A DNA stretch of 64,000 nt from a virus, in IMG/VR virus record IMGVR_UViG_3300045988_159113; one strand, given 5' to 3'. Below are positions 62,939 to 64,000 of this stretch, piece after piece (position 1 is the first letter of the stretch; each line of letters opens with the position of its first letter). A model generated the notes under the pieces. That model made no database searches and was not told the DNA's origin. It worked only from the letters and a program-made list of their open reading frames with translations. The translations under genes and the position numbers were made by a program.

Positions 62939-63642
62939 TGACAACAATTTCTAATGTTAAGGTTTACGATTTGGAGGAGAGCGTGATAGCAGCACGGAAC
63001 GCTATGAGGCTTACACCTCCTGAGTATACAGAGGAAGAATTCAATAAGTCGCTCGAAAGGGCGGTGAAGCTTACAGATAGCGGAATAAAAACAGGCATTA
63101 GTTGTCATAGCAACTATCTTGTAGGGATTCGTGTGTCATTTGATATAACATATCCACAATATCTGACCCCAGAGATGCAACGCTATCATTTCTTTGATAT
63201 TGTCAGTAGTTCTTCCAAGATGCACAGGTTGTGTAAAATGGACCTTTCGAAATGTACGAACAAATACGTTGACCCTGAGATTATAAGGATTGAACAAAAG
63301 AAGATCGACGCATATAATATAACAATGAAGAACGAGCCAAATAATCCTGACCTATGGGAATTGTGGCGAGATGAAGCTTACCGTCTGTTTATGGAAATGG
63401 TGAGCAATTGCCCGCTTGGGCTTGAATTGTTTATGCGTGTATCTACAAACTATAAGCAACTCCAAACTATCTATTTCCAGCGTAAGCACCATAAGCTGAA
63501 AGAAGACTGGGGGGCTATATGTGAGATGATAGAGAATTTACCACATTCTGAACTAATAATTGGATCACATGGTACAGATAGCAAGGGACAAGTCGGGACG
63601 TCTTGTGATAGGATTAGACCTCAAAAGACACCAAATCTATAA
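62938..63642 (+). CDS. ThyX-like (flavin-dependent thymidylate synthase fold) protein, divergent signature
   Basis: Collinear with ThyX as remembered (CHSNYL..I.VSFDI..P.Y...E.QR..., ...STNYKQLQTIYFQRKHHKLKEDW), but the RHR..S....S.RY signature reads QRYHFFDIVSSSSKMH. Confidence 0.45.
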   Translation: MTTISNVKVYDLEESVIAARNAMRLTPPEYTEEEFNKSLERAVKLTDSGIKTGISCHSNYLVGIRVSFDITYPQYLTPEMQRYHFFDIVSSSSKMHRLCKMDLSKCTNKYVDPEIIRIEQKKIDAYNITMKNEPNNPDLWELWRDEAYRLFMEMVSNCPLGLELFMRVSTNYKQLQTIYFQRKHHKLKEDWGAICEMIENLPHSELIIGSHGTDSKGQVGTSCDRIRPQKTPNL

Positions 63643-63823
63643 ATCAAAACAAGAGCTGAAAGATACACCTTACGGCATGAGAGAGTGCTGGGTTATTGAT
63701 GAAGCAAAGCCCCTAGAACCTAAGGAATGGATAGGTTCAAAAATGGTATTCCCCAAAAATGAGAAATATTTCAGTGAAAAAATTAAAAGTTTAACTTGGG
63801 ACGATGAGCCCATAAATTTGTAA
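63569..63823 (+). CDS. hypothetical protein
   Basis: ORF 63560..63823 (TTG). First ATG at 63569. Overlaps the ThyX-like 3' end. Confidence 0.45.
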   Translation: MVQIARDKSGRLVIGLDLKRHQIYKSKQELKDTPYGMRECWVIDEAKPLEPKEWIGSKMVFPKNEKYFSEKIKSLTWDDEPINL

Positions 63824-63825
63824 AG

Positions 63826-64000
63826 ATGCCTATTATATGTATAATTTTATTATCCTTTCTTGCTATATTCGCATTTTTTGGTTTAATATTCTTGCTTTGT
63901 AAATATATAGTTCAGACTGGCGAAAAGTTTGTAAAAAAAATACAAGAAGAGCAGGCTGGTTATTATTTTTGTCAACTAGAAGCAATAAGAAAAAAAAAAG
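63826..64000 (+). CDS. membrane protein, 3'-truncated at window edge
   Basis: The ATG at 63826 is open to the window end. MPIICIILLSFLAIFAFFGLIFLLC transmembrane segment. Confidence 0.35.
   Translation, partial: MPIICIILLSFLAIFAFFGLIFLLCKYIVQTGEKFVKKIQEEQAGYYFCQLEAIRKKK

Noticed and set aside
1-64000. Search for tRNA (including a possible CUA-anticodon suppressor), rRNA, CRISPR repeats, integrase/transposase and attachment-site repeats
   Set aside because: No GGTTCGAATCC-like T-arm with a matching acceptor stem was seen in the few intergenic gaps. There are no regularly spaced direct repeats and no recombinase-like ORF. A suppressor tRNA, if any, must lie outside this window.

Overview
This 64 kb window looks like part of a large dsDNA phage genome. 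About 105 credible genes all sit on the + strand. They are tightly packed and often translationally coupled through ATGA or TAATG start/stop overlaps. Leaders are A-rich with no Shine-Dalgarno sequence, which suggests a Bacteroidota-type host; that host call is inference only. I found no rRNA, tRNA, CRISPR array, integrase or transposase.

The left half (1-27.5 kb) is built almost entirely from lineage-specific tandem paralog families:
- a 2-copy family at 1..1281;
- three left-handed beta-helix (hexapeptide) proteins;
- three copies of an MKR(F/Y)IIKN family;
- a 2-copy CWPI..GYLRK family;
- a 2-copy 129-aa family;
- above all, 14 consecutive paralogs (14204..27532, 13.3 kb) plus 2 distant members (9835..11470). 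These share a C-terminal KNGKWY...G(V/I)FPEC(D/E)(S/T)KEE.IKLL module that I cannot assign to any known family.

The right half carries recognisable functions:
- a lysis-like cluster: M15 peptidase, a PI-PLC-like phosphodiesterase and a lipoprotein;
- a five-enzyme amidoligase cluster: ATP-grasp, GATase-1, phiEco32-type COOH-NH2 ligase, Ntn GATase-2 and Amidoligase_2, followed by a very acidic small protein;
- a replication/recombination module: SF2 helicase, DnaB-like helicase, AAA_24/Sak4-like ATPase, TOPRIM primase, RecE-like PDDEXK nuclease, RecD/Dda-like helicase and family B DNA polymerase;
- nucleotide metabolism: NrdD, NrdG, dUTPase, a ThyX-like protein and a HAD nucleotidase;
- an MmeI-like single-chain restriction-modification enzyme;
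- two sigma-70 family factors.

The most notable observations:
1. The large paralog array.
2. Two conserved genes (the M15 peptidase and an HTH-PDDEXK nuclease) are each interrupted by a single in-frame TAG at a conserved position. This fits TAG recoding or suppression.
3. A 205-nt structured insertion splits the Walker A motif (TGFG|KT) of the SF2 helicase. It has U at -1 and G at its last base, which fits a group I-like intron.
4. An Ntn amidotransferase whose catalytic Cys codon is preceded only by ATT.

Everything here comes from reading the sequence by eye. No database search or folding program was run.
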